The translations under genes and the position numbers were made by a program. A stretch of DNA of 64,000 nt, from assembly GCA_963719315.1 (NCBI GenBank), contig CAVRBU010000004.1, positions 192,001 to 256,000 on the forward strand, read 5' to 3'. Below, piece by piece: positions 41,564 to 50,716 of this stretch. Every line of letters begins with the position of its first letter. The first letter of the stretch is position 1. Source of the DNA: an uncultured Planctomycetota bacterium (GTDB taxonomy: Bacteria; Planctomycetota; Planctomycetia; Pirellulales; Lacipirellulaceae). The notes under the pieces are model-generated. The model saw only the letters and a program-made list of their open reading frames with translations, did not search any database and was not told the DNA's origin.

Positions 41564-42691
41564 GTGAGTGATGGCACGCAACAAATCGATAATCCCCCGT
41601 CGGCCAACCAGCGTTTGCTGAGTCTAGACGTCTTGCGCGGCTTCGACATGTTCTGGATCATCGGCGGCGAGGACATCGTGCATGCGGCCGCGAAGTTGAT
41701 GGGCTGGAGTTGGCTTGTCTGGTTTTCCGGCCAGCTTCATCACCCCGCGTGGCACGGTTTCGCCCTCTATGATCTTATCTTTCCGCTATTCTTGTTCATG
41801 GCGGGTGTCGCCATGCCGTTCTCGTTTGAGAAGCGGCTCCAGCGCGGCGCCAGCCGCGCTCAGCTTTATCGCCACGTGATCGTGCGAGCCCTGCTACTTG
41901 TGCTGTTGGGAATGATTCACAACGGCTTGCTGAAGTTTGATTGGGCCAACATGCGATACCCAAGCGTGCTGGGACGCATCGGGCTCGCGTACCTGTTCGC
42001 GGCGATTATCGTGCTCAATTCCAAGGTTCGCGGGCAGGTTTTGTGGATCATCGGTCTGCTCGTCGGCTATTGGGCCGCGCTTCGGTTTATTCCCGTGCCT
42101 GGCTATGGTGCCCACGATCTGGCGCCGGGCCACACACTCACCGACTACATCGATAACTTACTGATCCCAGGCAAGTTGTATGTCGGAAATCGCGACCCGG
42201 AAGGCCTACTGGCAACGGTCCCTGCTATCGCTACGGCACTGCTGGGCGCCGTGACTGGTCAGTGGTTAAAGAGCGAGCGGTTCAGCGGATATGTCAAGAC
42301 CGCGGCGATAATCTTTGCCGGTCTTGTTTTTCTGGCGTTGGCATATTTGTGGAACTTCGAGTTTCCCATCAACAAGAACTTGTGGACGAGCTCGTTCGTC
42401 CTTCAATGTGCGGCGTTGAGCCTATTGTTGCTCGCACTTTTCTATGTGGTGATCGACGTGTGGCAATGGCGGGCCTGGTCTTTCCCACTCGCCGTCATCG
42501 GCAGTAATTCGATCTTTATCTACATGGCCGATGGGTTCATCAATTTCGATTACACGGCCCAATACTTCTTTGGTGGTGCGTTGCGCAATACGGGAGCGTA
42601 TCAGCCGCTGCTGTGGGCCATCTCGGTCATATTCGTCAAATGGCTGTTGCTGTATCTAATGTTCAAGAAACGAATCTTTCTCCGTGTGTGA
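41564..42691 (+). CDS. Membrane acyltransferase, DUF5009 / heparan-alpha-glucosaminide N-acetyltransferase-like
   Basis: RLLSLDVLRG, H..WHG...DLIFPLFLF, VLGRIG, DPEGLL, PINKNLWTSSF, GSNSIFIY. Confidence 0.88.
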   Translation: MSDGTQQIDNPPSANQRLLSLDVLRGFDMFWIIGGEDIVHAAAKLMGWSWLVWFSGQLHHPAWHGFALYDLIFPLFLFMAGVAMPFSFEKRLQRGASRAQLYRHVIVRALLLVLLGMIHNGLLKFDWANMRYPSVLGRIGLAYLFAAIIVLNSKVRGQVLWIIGLLVGYWAALRFIPVPGYGAHDLAPGHTLTDYIDNLLIPGKLYVGNRDPEGLLATVPAIATALLGAVTGQWLKSERFSGYVKTAAIIFAGLVFLALAYLWNFEFPINKNLWTSSFVLQCAALSLLLLALFYVVIDVWQWRAWSFPLAVIGSNSIFIYMADGFINFDYTAQYFFGGALRNTGAYQPLLWAISVIFVKWLLLYLMFKKRIFLRV

Positions 42692-42937
42692 CCGGAACGC
42701 ATCGGCATTTTGAGCTCCCAGCATTTCAAACCAGATAAATTGGAGAAGGAATATTTGCGCAACTGGTATCCAGCAGATAGTTTACTGCCAAAAAAAGTGG
42801 CCAAAACAGTTGACTTTCGGCCGCAAGTTCGTTCTAACATGGGCGTGATCGAATAGACCACAGCCCCCGTCGGACGGTTGGTCGAAGCCGTTTCCCCACA
42901 ATGCCGAGGGCTCCTGCCTACCCCGGGTGACGAGCGC

Positions 42938-45798
42938 ATGCAGGCGTCTGCCGTCTTCCGCTGTGTAATCTTCATAGGCATCGTTGCCTCTGCATCGAGC
43001 GCCTTGCGCAAAGCGAACCGCTTCACGCATTGGTCGACAAACTTTTGGTACCTGTGACCGGCGTAGCTCCGGCCGCCGCATCGGACGCCGAGTTCTTGCG
43101 GCGGGCGTCGCTCGATTTGATTGGCATGCCGCCCACTTCCGACGAGGCCCGCGCATTCCTCGCCGATGCCACTCCAGACAAGCGCATCCGGCTCATCGAC
43201 CAATTATTCTCTTCGCCCCACTTCGTGCGGCATTTCACCGAAGCGCTCGACCTGATGCTCATGGAACGCCGGCCGAACACCAACGTGACGGCCGACGAAT
43301 GGCAAGCCTGGTTGCTGAAATCAGTTCGCGAAAATAAACCTTGGAATGTGCTGGCCAAGGAAATCTTACTGGCCGATGGCGCCGATCCCGCGATGCGGGC
43401 TCCGGCCCGTTTCGCATTAGATCGCGGGTCTGACCCGAATATGTTAACGCGCGACATCGGCCGTATCTTCTTCGGTCGCGACATGCAATGTGCCCAATGT
43501 CACGATCATCCGCTCGTGGACGATTACTTGCAATCCGACTATCAAGGCTTGTTTGCTTTCTTGCAGCCAACTTACACGATCACGCGCAAAGAGGGCGATA
43601 AGCAAACGGTCGTCGAGGCCGAACACGTCGGTGGCAATGTCTCGTTTCAATCGGTGTTCCTGCACGTGCCGCGGCGCACTGGGCCGCGGGTGCCGGATGG
43701 CGTGGTGATCGATGAACCGTTCTATTTGCCCGGTGAAGAATACCAAGTTGCTCCGGGCGAGAACGTGAAATCGGTCCCCAAATTCAGCTATCGTGCCCAA
43801 CTCGCCGAATTAGCGACGAACGGCTCGAACGATGCTTTCAACCGCAACATCGCCAATCGACTGTGGGCCATGATGTTCGGTCGGGGCCTGGTTCAGCCGG
43901 TCGATTGGCAGAATCCGGAAAACCCGGCGTCGAACCCCGAATTGTTGCAGCTCCTGGCTCAACAAATCGCGGCGATGAAGTTCGATATGCGAGCGTTTTT
44001 GCGCGAGCTTGCGTTGACAAACGCTTACCAGCGTTCGTTCGATCCGCCGGCCGACGTGCTGGCCCTTTCCGATCAAGCGGCAAAAGAGGCAGCGCGGCTG
44101 CAGGAAGTGCGTGGGCAGATGGCCAAAGAGTCCGATACTTTGAGCGAAGCGTACACCAAAGCGGCCGATGCCTGGGAGCAGGTGGAAGCTTCGACTATCC
44201 CGGTCGCCGGCGAGTTGGATACGGCCAAAAATCAGTACGCGGAAGCGAAAAAGAAAGTCGATGAAGCGGCCAAGGCTGTGGCAGATGCGGCCTCGCAACT
44301 GCAAGCGAAGAAGACGGTCGCCACCCCGGTGCAACAAGCTGCGACCGCGGCGCAAGAAGCCGTGAAAGCACTGCCCGCCGACAAGGAACTTGCCGAGGCC
44401 GCGCAGAAATTCGCGGCTCGTGCTCAGCAACTCGCCGCGGAAACGACGACGCTCACAAAAACCGTGGAGGAAAAATCGGCAGCCGTGGCCCCCGTGACCG
44501 ACGCCTGGAACAAAACCAAGCCGCCGGTGGAAACGGCGCTGCAAAAAGTGAAGCCACTGACCACTTCGCTGATAGAAGCCGAAAAAGCCATGCTCGCCGC
44601 GCGAGAGAAGGCGGAGCACGAAAAGGAGCGGTTGGCGGCGCTCGATCGCCGATTGACCACGGCTCGAAAGGTCGCGCAGCTTCCCGAGTTGAAGCAGGCA
44701 GTTGTGGCGGCAACCGAGGCGGTGCCCGCGCGCGAAGCCGCTCTTGCCGCCGCCCAGAAGCTTCACGATGAATTCGTACCGATAGCCGCCGCCCGCGAAG
44801 CGGCGACCAAGGGTCAGGCCGAAGCTGTCGCCGCGGCCGCGAAGAACGTGGAATTGCTCGGTGCTGCCCATGCGAAGGATGTGGAAGCGTTGGCGGCAAT
44901 CGATGCGGCCTGCCAGGCGACCGACGCCGCGCACCAGAAGGCGCCCAATAACGCTGCGCTCGCCGAGGCCACGGCAAAAATCAAGGAGTGCGTGGCTCGC
45001 GCTCAAAGCGAAGTTTCCGAGTCGGATAAGAAGAACAACGCCGCAATAGCGGCTCGCGCCGCGGCGGATCATGCATTCGTGGCCGCCCAAGAAGCCCTAG
45101 CTGCCGCACTGGCCGAACGCGCCCGTCGCGAGCAGGCTGTCACCGCAGCCAAAGAGGCTCTCTCCGCGGCGAAGACGGATCTGGCGGCGCGGCAAGCCGC
45201 CCTCTCCGCAACGAAGGCCGAGCTCAACGATCGCTGGGCAAGTGATTTCACGATCGCTTCTCTCAAGCCGCTTTCACCTGAACAAATGTGTTGGAGCGTG
45301 TTCCGGGTCACCGGCGTTTACGACCGCTATTGGCAGACCGAGATTGGCGAACTCGACAAAGCCAAGCCGCTTACGGAAGAACAGAAGAAGGATGCGGCCC
45401 AAACCGCGGCCCGCGATGTTGAACTGGAACAACGCACGTACGACAAGCTGAAGGGCAACATCGCTACGTTTGTGGCCTTTTACGGTGCAGTGGCTGGTCA
45501 GCCGCAGGGCGATTTCTTTGCCACCGCCGATCAGGCCCTGTTCGTGGCGAACGGCGGAGCGATCAATAGCTGGGTGGCGCCGGCAAGTGGCAACGTCACG
45601 GAACGAATTATCAAACAAGAAGACCCGCACGTTGCGGCCGACGAACTTTACCTGAGCCTGTTTACGCGGATGCCCACAGATGGCGAGCGAGCCGAGATCG
45701 CGAATTACCTGAAAGACCGGGCCAAGGACAAGGCGGCGGCTGCCCAAGAGTTGGTCTGGGCATTGTTGAATTCGGCCGAGTTTCGATTTAATCACTAA
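42938..45798 (+). CDS. DUF1549/DUF1553 protein with a long Ala-rich coiled-coil insert (frameshift near 43007 after the signal peptide)
   Basis: DAEFLRRASLDLIG, CAQCHDHP, NRLWAMMFGRGLV, NPELL, C-terminal WALLNSAEFRFNH; signal peptide from ATG 42938 in another frame. Confidence 0.88.
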
Positions 45799-45817
45799 CG
45801 GACTGGAGACCACGACA

Positions 45818-47110
45818 ATGAACGCCAAATATGCCTGCAAATCTCCCGAGCATACGATCGCTCGACGGCAGTTCCTCGGCTCGATGGCTGCGCTCGGCGC
45901 CGGCGCGTGCACCGGCGGTCTCGGCGTGTTCTCCATGCCGGCGATTGCCGAGCAGCTCCGGTCCGATCAAAAGCGAATCGTCGTATTCAACATGGCGGGC
46001 GGTTTGAGCCAACTCGAGAGTTGGGACCCGAAGCCTGGCACGGCGACGGGCGGCCCGTTCCGCGCGATTCCGACTTCCGTGCCCGGCATTCATATTTCGG
46101 AACTGCTGCCGGATACGGCTAAGCAGATGCACCACATGTGCCTCGTGCGTGGCGTCAACACGAGCGAAGACGATCACGGCAAGGGCGCGTACCTGATGAT
46201 GACGGGTCGCCGGCAGACCCCGGCCAGCGACTATCCTAAAATCGGCGCCGTCGCGGCCAAGGCGCTCGCGCCGGCCGATAGCACGCTGCCGGGCTACATT
46301 CTCATTACGCCGGGCGGCGGCGGCGGCCGCGGCAACGACTCTGCCTACCTTGGCCCGAAGTATTCCAGTGTGCAATTGGGCAACGGCAAACCTCCGCAAA
46401 ATACAGTGAAACCGGAATCCGTCTCGGACGCCTCGGAAGCCGCGCGGCAGAATTTCCGCCGGCACGTCAACGAGCAGTTCCTCAATCGCCGCCGCACCGC
46501 CGTTACCGAGGCGTTCACCTATTCGTTCGAGCAAGCGCAACAACTCATGCAGCAGCGCGAGGTGTTCGACGTGAGCAAGGAGCCGGCAAAGGATAACGAT
46601 CGTTATGGAAAATACGATTTTGGCCGGCACTGTTTGCTGGCCCGCCGGCTGCTCGAGAAGGGCGTCACGTTCGTGCAATTGACGCACGCGAATTACGACA
46701 CGCACAACGAGAACTTCAATTTCCATATCGAGCAGCTCGGCGAGTTCGATCGCTCGTTCGCATGCTTCGTCAATGACCTCGCCGAACGCGGCATGCTGGA
46801 GAGCACCTTGATCGTGGTCCTCTCCGAATTCGGCCGCACGCCAAATATCAACTTGCACCAGGGACGCGACCATTGGTCGAAGTCCTGGTCGATTTGCATG
46901 GCGGGTGGCCGCGTTCCGCGCGGACACGCATATGGCAAAACGAATGCCGACGGCACTGCGGTCGAAGAGGGCCAAGTCGATCACGGGGCGCTGTTCCACA
47001 CCTACCTGGAAGCGGTGGGAGTCGATTCGACGGGTACGTTCGTGGTCGATGGCCGCAAGATGCCGATGGCCGACCCGGCTGTCGCGGCCGTTTCCGAACT
47101 GCTTACCTAG
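45818..47110 (+). CDS. DUF1501 domain protein with Tat-like N-terminus
   Basis: ARRQFL, GGLSQLESWDPKP, CLLARRLLEKGV, YDTH, SEFGRTP, GRDHW. Confidence 0.93.
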   Translation: MNAKYACKSPEHTIARRQFLGSMAALGAGACTGGLGVFSMPAIAEQLRSDQKRIVVFNMAGGLSQLESWDPKPGTATGGPFRAIPTSVPGIHISELLPDTAKQMHHMCLVRGVNTSEDDHGKGAYLMMTGRRQTPASDYPKIGAVAAKALAPADSTLPGYILITPGGGGGRGNDSAYLGPKYSSVQLGNGKPPQNTVKPESVSDASEAARQNFRRHVNEQFLNRRRTAVTEAFTYSFEQAQQLMQQREVFDVSKEPAKDNDRYGKYDFGRHCLLARRLLEKGVTFVQLTHANYDTHNENFNFHIEQLGEFDRSFACFVNDLAERGMLESTLIVVLSEFGRTPNINLHQGRDHWSKSWSICMAGGRVPRGHAYGKTNADGTAVEEGQVDHGALFHTYLEAVGVDSTGTFVVDGRKMPMADPAVAAVSELLT

Positions 47111-47121
47111 CGAGCGCTCCC

Positions 47122-48132
47122 ATGCCGGCCCCTCCAGGTTTCGATCCGAAGCAAGCGTACGTCGTTTCGCAGTGGGCGTACGACCGACCGCTGCATGCGT
47201 GCCGCTTCGATCCGACAGGGCACTTTGTGTTTTGCGGCGCGGAGGACGCGAACGTCCAGCGATTCAATCTCCCCGACGGCGCCCGCACGAGTTTCACGGG
47301 TGGCCACGATACCTGGGTGCTGTCGATCGGCTTCTCGAAGGACGGCGCCCAAATGGTCAGTGGCGGCTGCGACGGCAAACTTACCTGGTGGGAATCGGCC
47401 ACAGCGACACCCAAACCGATCCGCTCGATCGAGGCCCACAAAGGCTGGATTCGCTCGATCGATGTCAGCCCCGATGGCGCGCTCATCGCCACTGGCGGCA
47501 ACGACAACCTGGTCCGGCTTTGGAACATGGCCGATGGCAAGCTCGTGCGCGAACTTCCCGGCCACGAGCGGCACGTGTACAGCGTGTTGTTTCATCCCCA
47601 AGGACTTTTCCTGCTCAGCGGCGATTTGATGGGCGTTTTGAACCAATGGGAAGTCGCCACCGGCAAGCTCGCGCGTACGTTTGATGCCAAGCCGCTGCAC
47701 ACCTACGAAGGCGGGCAGCAGGTCGATTATGGCGGCGTTCGCACAATGGCGATCAGCCCGGATGGCAAGTGGCTCGCCGCCGGCGGACTGTACAAAGCGA
47801 CGAACCCGCTCGGCGCCGTCAACGAACCGCTCGTGCTGCTGTTCGATTGGGAATCGCAAAAACTCGATAAGCAACTCATCGCAGATGGAATCCCAGGCGG
47901 TTATATCGGGCGCACGCGATGGCTGGGCGACGGCTCGCTGATGGGCGTTAGCGGCGGTACGACCGGTGGGCTTTTGCTGTTCTGGAAGACCGATGCCGAT
48001 AAGGCCTATCACCGCTTGCAGCTTCCCGCTCACGCGCGCGACATGGATCTGCACCCGGATGGCCTGCAGGTGGCCACCGCCCACTCGGACAAGCAAGTTC
48101 GCATCACTCGCCTGGCTGCGAAAACTGCCTAA
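47122..48132 (+). CDS. WD40-repeat protein
   Basis: GH..WV, AHKGWIR..DVSPDG, GNDNLVRLWN, GHERHV repeats. Confidence 0.9.
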   Translation: MPAPPGFDPKQAYVVSQWAYDRPLHACRFDPTGHFVFCGAEDANVQRFNLPDGARTSFTGGHDTWVLSIGFSKDGAQMVSGGCDGKLTWWESATATPKPIRSIEAHKGWIRSIDVSPDGALIATGGNDNLVRLWNMADGKLVRELPGHERHVYSVLFHPQGLFLLSGDLMGVLNQWEVATGKLARTFDAKPLHTYEGGQQVDYGGVRTMAISPDGKWLAAGGLYKATNPLGAVNEPLVLLFDWESQKLDKQLIADGIPGGYIGRTRWLGDGSLMGVSGGTTGGLLLFWKTDADKAYHRLQLPAHARDMDLHPDGLQVATAHSDKQVRITRLAAKTA

Positions 48133-48236
48133 GGCGAATCAGTCTCGCGGAGCGTGTTTACGACTCCGCCGGCCAATTGCGGCCAATCCGCTGTGGCGTT
48201 ACGATTGGCGTTCTGCGAATCATTAGGAGCATACGC

Positions 48237-49715
48237 ATGACATCGATCGCCGCCGTCTCGATGAGTCCAGGCGGCAATCAAGTATCGGCCGCACTGGAGC
48301 GGCTCGCCCAGAACTCGCTCGTCTCCGCCATCGCCGTGGCTGGACCGGCGAATATCGAGCGGCGGTCCAAAAACGTCCATCAACTGCAAGCCGCTGAACT
48401 CCGATCGGTCGCCTCGGTTGTCGAGGTCCTTCGCTGGTTCGATGCGGCCGACGCATCGCATTTGCTATGGTTGCTGTCACCGCTAATTGAAGTAACAGCG
48501 ATCGGACTGCGTCGGCTCGCCGCCGTCGCGCGCGATACGACCGCTGCGATCTTATACTCAGACTATTTTGACGAGCAGCCCGACGGCGCCACGAAACTGC
48601 ACTCGCTCATCGACTACCAAACCGGCAGCCTACGAGACGACTTCGATTTCGGCCAGCTTGTACTTTCCAGTCGAAAAGCCGTCGCCGGCCTGGCCGACGC
48701 GATTGAAGCGGATCAACTTGCCGGTGACTTTGGCGGTTGGTACGAGCTTCGCCTGCGGGCGGTTGAACGCGGTCCGGTCGTGCACCTATCGGAGCCGACG
48801 TATGCGGTTCGCGCGGCCGCGGAGCAATCTGGCGGCGAGTCCCACTTTAGTTACGTCGATCCGCGAAATCGCGACTATCAGATTGAAATGGAACGCATCG
48901 CGACCGCTCATCTCAAGCGGATCGGCGCTTGGCTGCCGCCGCCCGCATCGAGGCCAGTCGACGACGGCGCTTCATTTACAGTAGAGGCGTCGGTGGTGAT
49001 TCCCGTTCGCAATCGCGTGCGCACGGTCGCCGACGCGGCCGTTAGCGCGCTGTCGCAACAGGCCGATTTCGCGTTCAACGTGATCGTCGTGGACAACCAC
49101 TCGACCGACGGCACTTCGAAAGTGCTCGCCGAGCTCGCGGTCGCCGAATCGCGAATCGTGCACGTCGTGCCAACAAGAACCGACCTCGGCATCGGCGGAT
49201 GTTGGAACGAGGCGATTTACTCGAACCATTGCGGCCGATACGCAGTGCAACTCGACAGTGACGATCTGTACGCTGGCGCCGATGTGCTGACTCGAATTAT
49301 CGAGGAATTCCGGCGCGGCCACTACGCGGCCGTGATTGGATCGTACACGATCGTCGATTTCGATCTGAAGCAAATTCCGCCCGGATTGATCGACCACCGC
49401 GAGTGGACATCGGAGAACGGCCACAACAACGCGTTGCGAATCGCGGGACTAGGCGCTCCCCGTGCCTTCCACGTAGCTACGTTGCGGACGATTGGTTTTC
49501 CGAATGTCAGTTTCGGAGAGGACTACGCTGTGGTGCTGCGGTTGAGCCGCGAGTATCCGCTGGGGCACATTTACGATTCGCTCTATTGGTGCCGGCGGTG
49601 GGAAGGCAACACCGATCATGCCTTGCCGTTGGAAACGCAAAACCGCTACGCCTTTTACAAGGACCGGCTGCGATCGATCGAAATCGCTGCCCGGCAACAG
49701 CAGGCGGCCCCATGA
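48237..49715 (+). CDS. Glycosyltransferase family 2 protein with an N-terminal extension domain
   Basis: SVVIPVRNR, VVDNHSTDGT, QLDSDD, GEDY; N-terminal IDYQTGSLRDDFDFG and HFSYVDPRNR. Confidence 0.9.
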   Translation: MTSIAAVSMSPGGNQVSAALERLAQNSLVSAIAVAGPANIERRSKNVHQLQAAELRSVASVVEVLRWFDAADASHLLWLLSPLIEVTAIGLRRLAAVARDTTAAILYSDYFDEQPDGATKLHSLIDYQTGSLRDDFDFGQLVLSSRKAVAGLADAIEADQLAGDFGGWYELRLRAVERGPVVHLSEPTYAVRAAAEQSGGESHFSYVDPRNRDYQIEMERIATAHLKRIGAWLPPPASRPVDDGASFTVEASVVIPVRNRVRTVADAAVSALSQQADFAFNVIVVDNHSTDGTSKVLAELAVAESRIVHVVPTRTDLGIGGCWNEAIYSNHCGRYAVQLDSDDLYAGADVLTRIIEEFRRGHYAAVIGSYTIVDFDLKQIPPGLIDHREWTSENGHNNALRIAGLGAPRAFHVATLRTIGFPNVSFGEDYAVVLRLSREYPLGHIYDSLYWCRRWEGNTDHALPLETQNRYAFYKDRLRSIEIAARQQQAAP

Positions 49716-50635
49716 GTTGGGCACGCACCCTGCAAAACGATTCCGGCTCAGGCGAACCATTGCGTCAACGTATTGAGGCTTTGTTCGCAGAACAGCGGCT
49801 ATCCTGGCCGGCGCTGCGCGAGGGCGAAGCTGCCCTTCAACATCTGCAAAAGAAAACACTCGTGTCCGATGGCGCGATTGCGATCGTGCAAATGAACCCG
49901 GCGCGGCGTCAATCAACGATGGCCAAGACCGATACGCAGGCGGTCGCCGCGCGGCCGTGTTTCTTGTGTCCCGAAAACATGCCGTCGGAAGAACGGGGCG
50001 TGGCGTTCGAGGACCTCGTGATACTGCCGAACCCTTATCCTGTTTTGCCGCTGCATTGCACGATCGCCTGCCGGGAGCACCTTCCGCAGCAGATCGCCGG
50101 GCGTGTGGATGCATTTCTGCGACTCGCTCAGGCAATCGGCCCCGATCTGGCGGCGTTATATAACGGCCCGCGGTGCGGAGCGTCGGCCCCGGATCACTTC
50201 CATTTCCAATGCGTGCGTCGCGACCAATTGCCGATTCTGAAGGAGTTGCCGGCTGCCCGCGGCCGAGCGTTCGTCAGGCAAGCAAGCTTTGGCCGCAACA
50301 TGCTAGTTTTCCCGGGGACTGATGAGGCCGCCGTCGGAGTCGAAGTTGAACGAGCCATCGGGACGCTTCCGCAACCTGAGGCTGCGGACGAACCAATGTT
50401 CAACCTGCTCGCGCACTTCGATGTTCGGCGCTACACGGTTATTCTCTTTCCCCGCACCGCTCACCGCCCGGCGTGTTACTTCGCCACCGGACCGGATCGG
50501 ATCGTGGTCAGTCCGGCGATCCTCGAAATGTGCGGGATCCTGGTCGTCACCGAGCCGGCGGATTTCGAGCGACTCGATGCCGCAACCGCCCGTGCGATCT
50601 ATGAAGAAGTGAGCGGCGCTGCGTTGATCGGTTAG
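49712..50635 (+). CDS. DUF4922 family protein (HIT/GalT-like nucleotidyltransferase or NDP-sugar phosphorylase)
   Basis: QMNPARRQS, RPCFLC, NPYP, H.PQ, YNGPRCGASAPDHFHFQ (HxHxQ), SP..LEM.G; ATGA overlap with the GT2 gene. Confidence 0.85.
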   Translation: MSWARTLQNDSGSGEPLRQRIEALFAEQRLSWPALREGEAALQHLQKKTLVSDGAIAIVQMNPARRQSTMAKTDTQAVAARPCFLCPENMPSEERGVAFEDLVILPNPYPVLPLHCTIACREHLPQQIAGRVDAFLRLAQAIGPDLAALYNGPRCGASAPDHFHFQCVRRDQLPILKELPAARGRAFVRQASFGRNMLVFPGTDEAAVGVEVERAIGTLPQPEAADEPMFNLLAHFDVRRYTVILFPRTAHRPACYFATGPDRIVVSPAILEMCGILVVTEPADFERLDAATARAIYEEVSGAALIG

Positions 50636-50716
50636 AGATCGCTAATTTCAAGAGCAGCAACCTTTCCAATTTGCTGAGAGTTCGCCTTTTGATCGACCCC
50701 AGCAACCCTGATGGAA

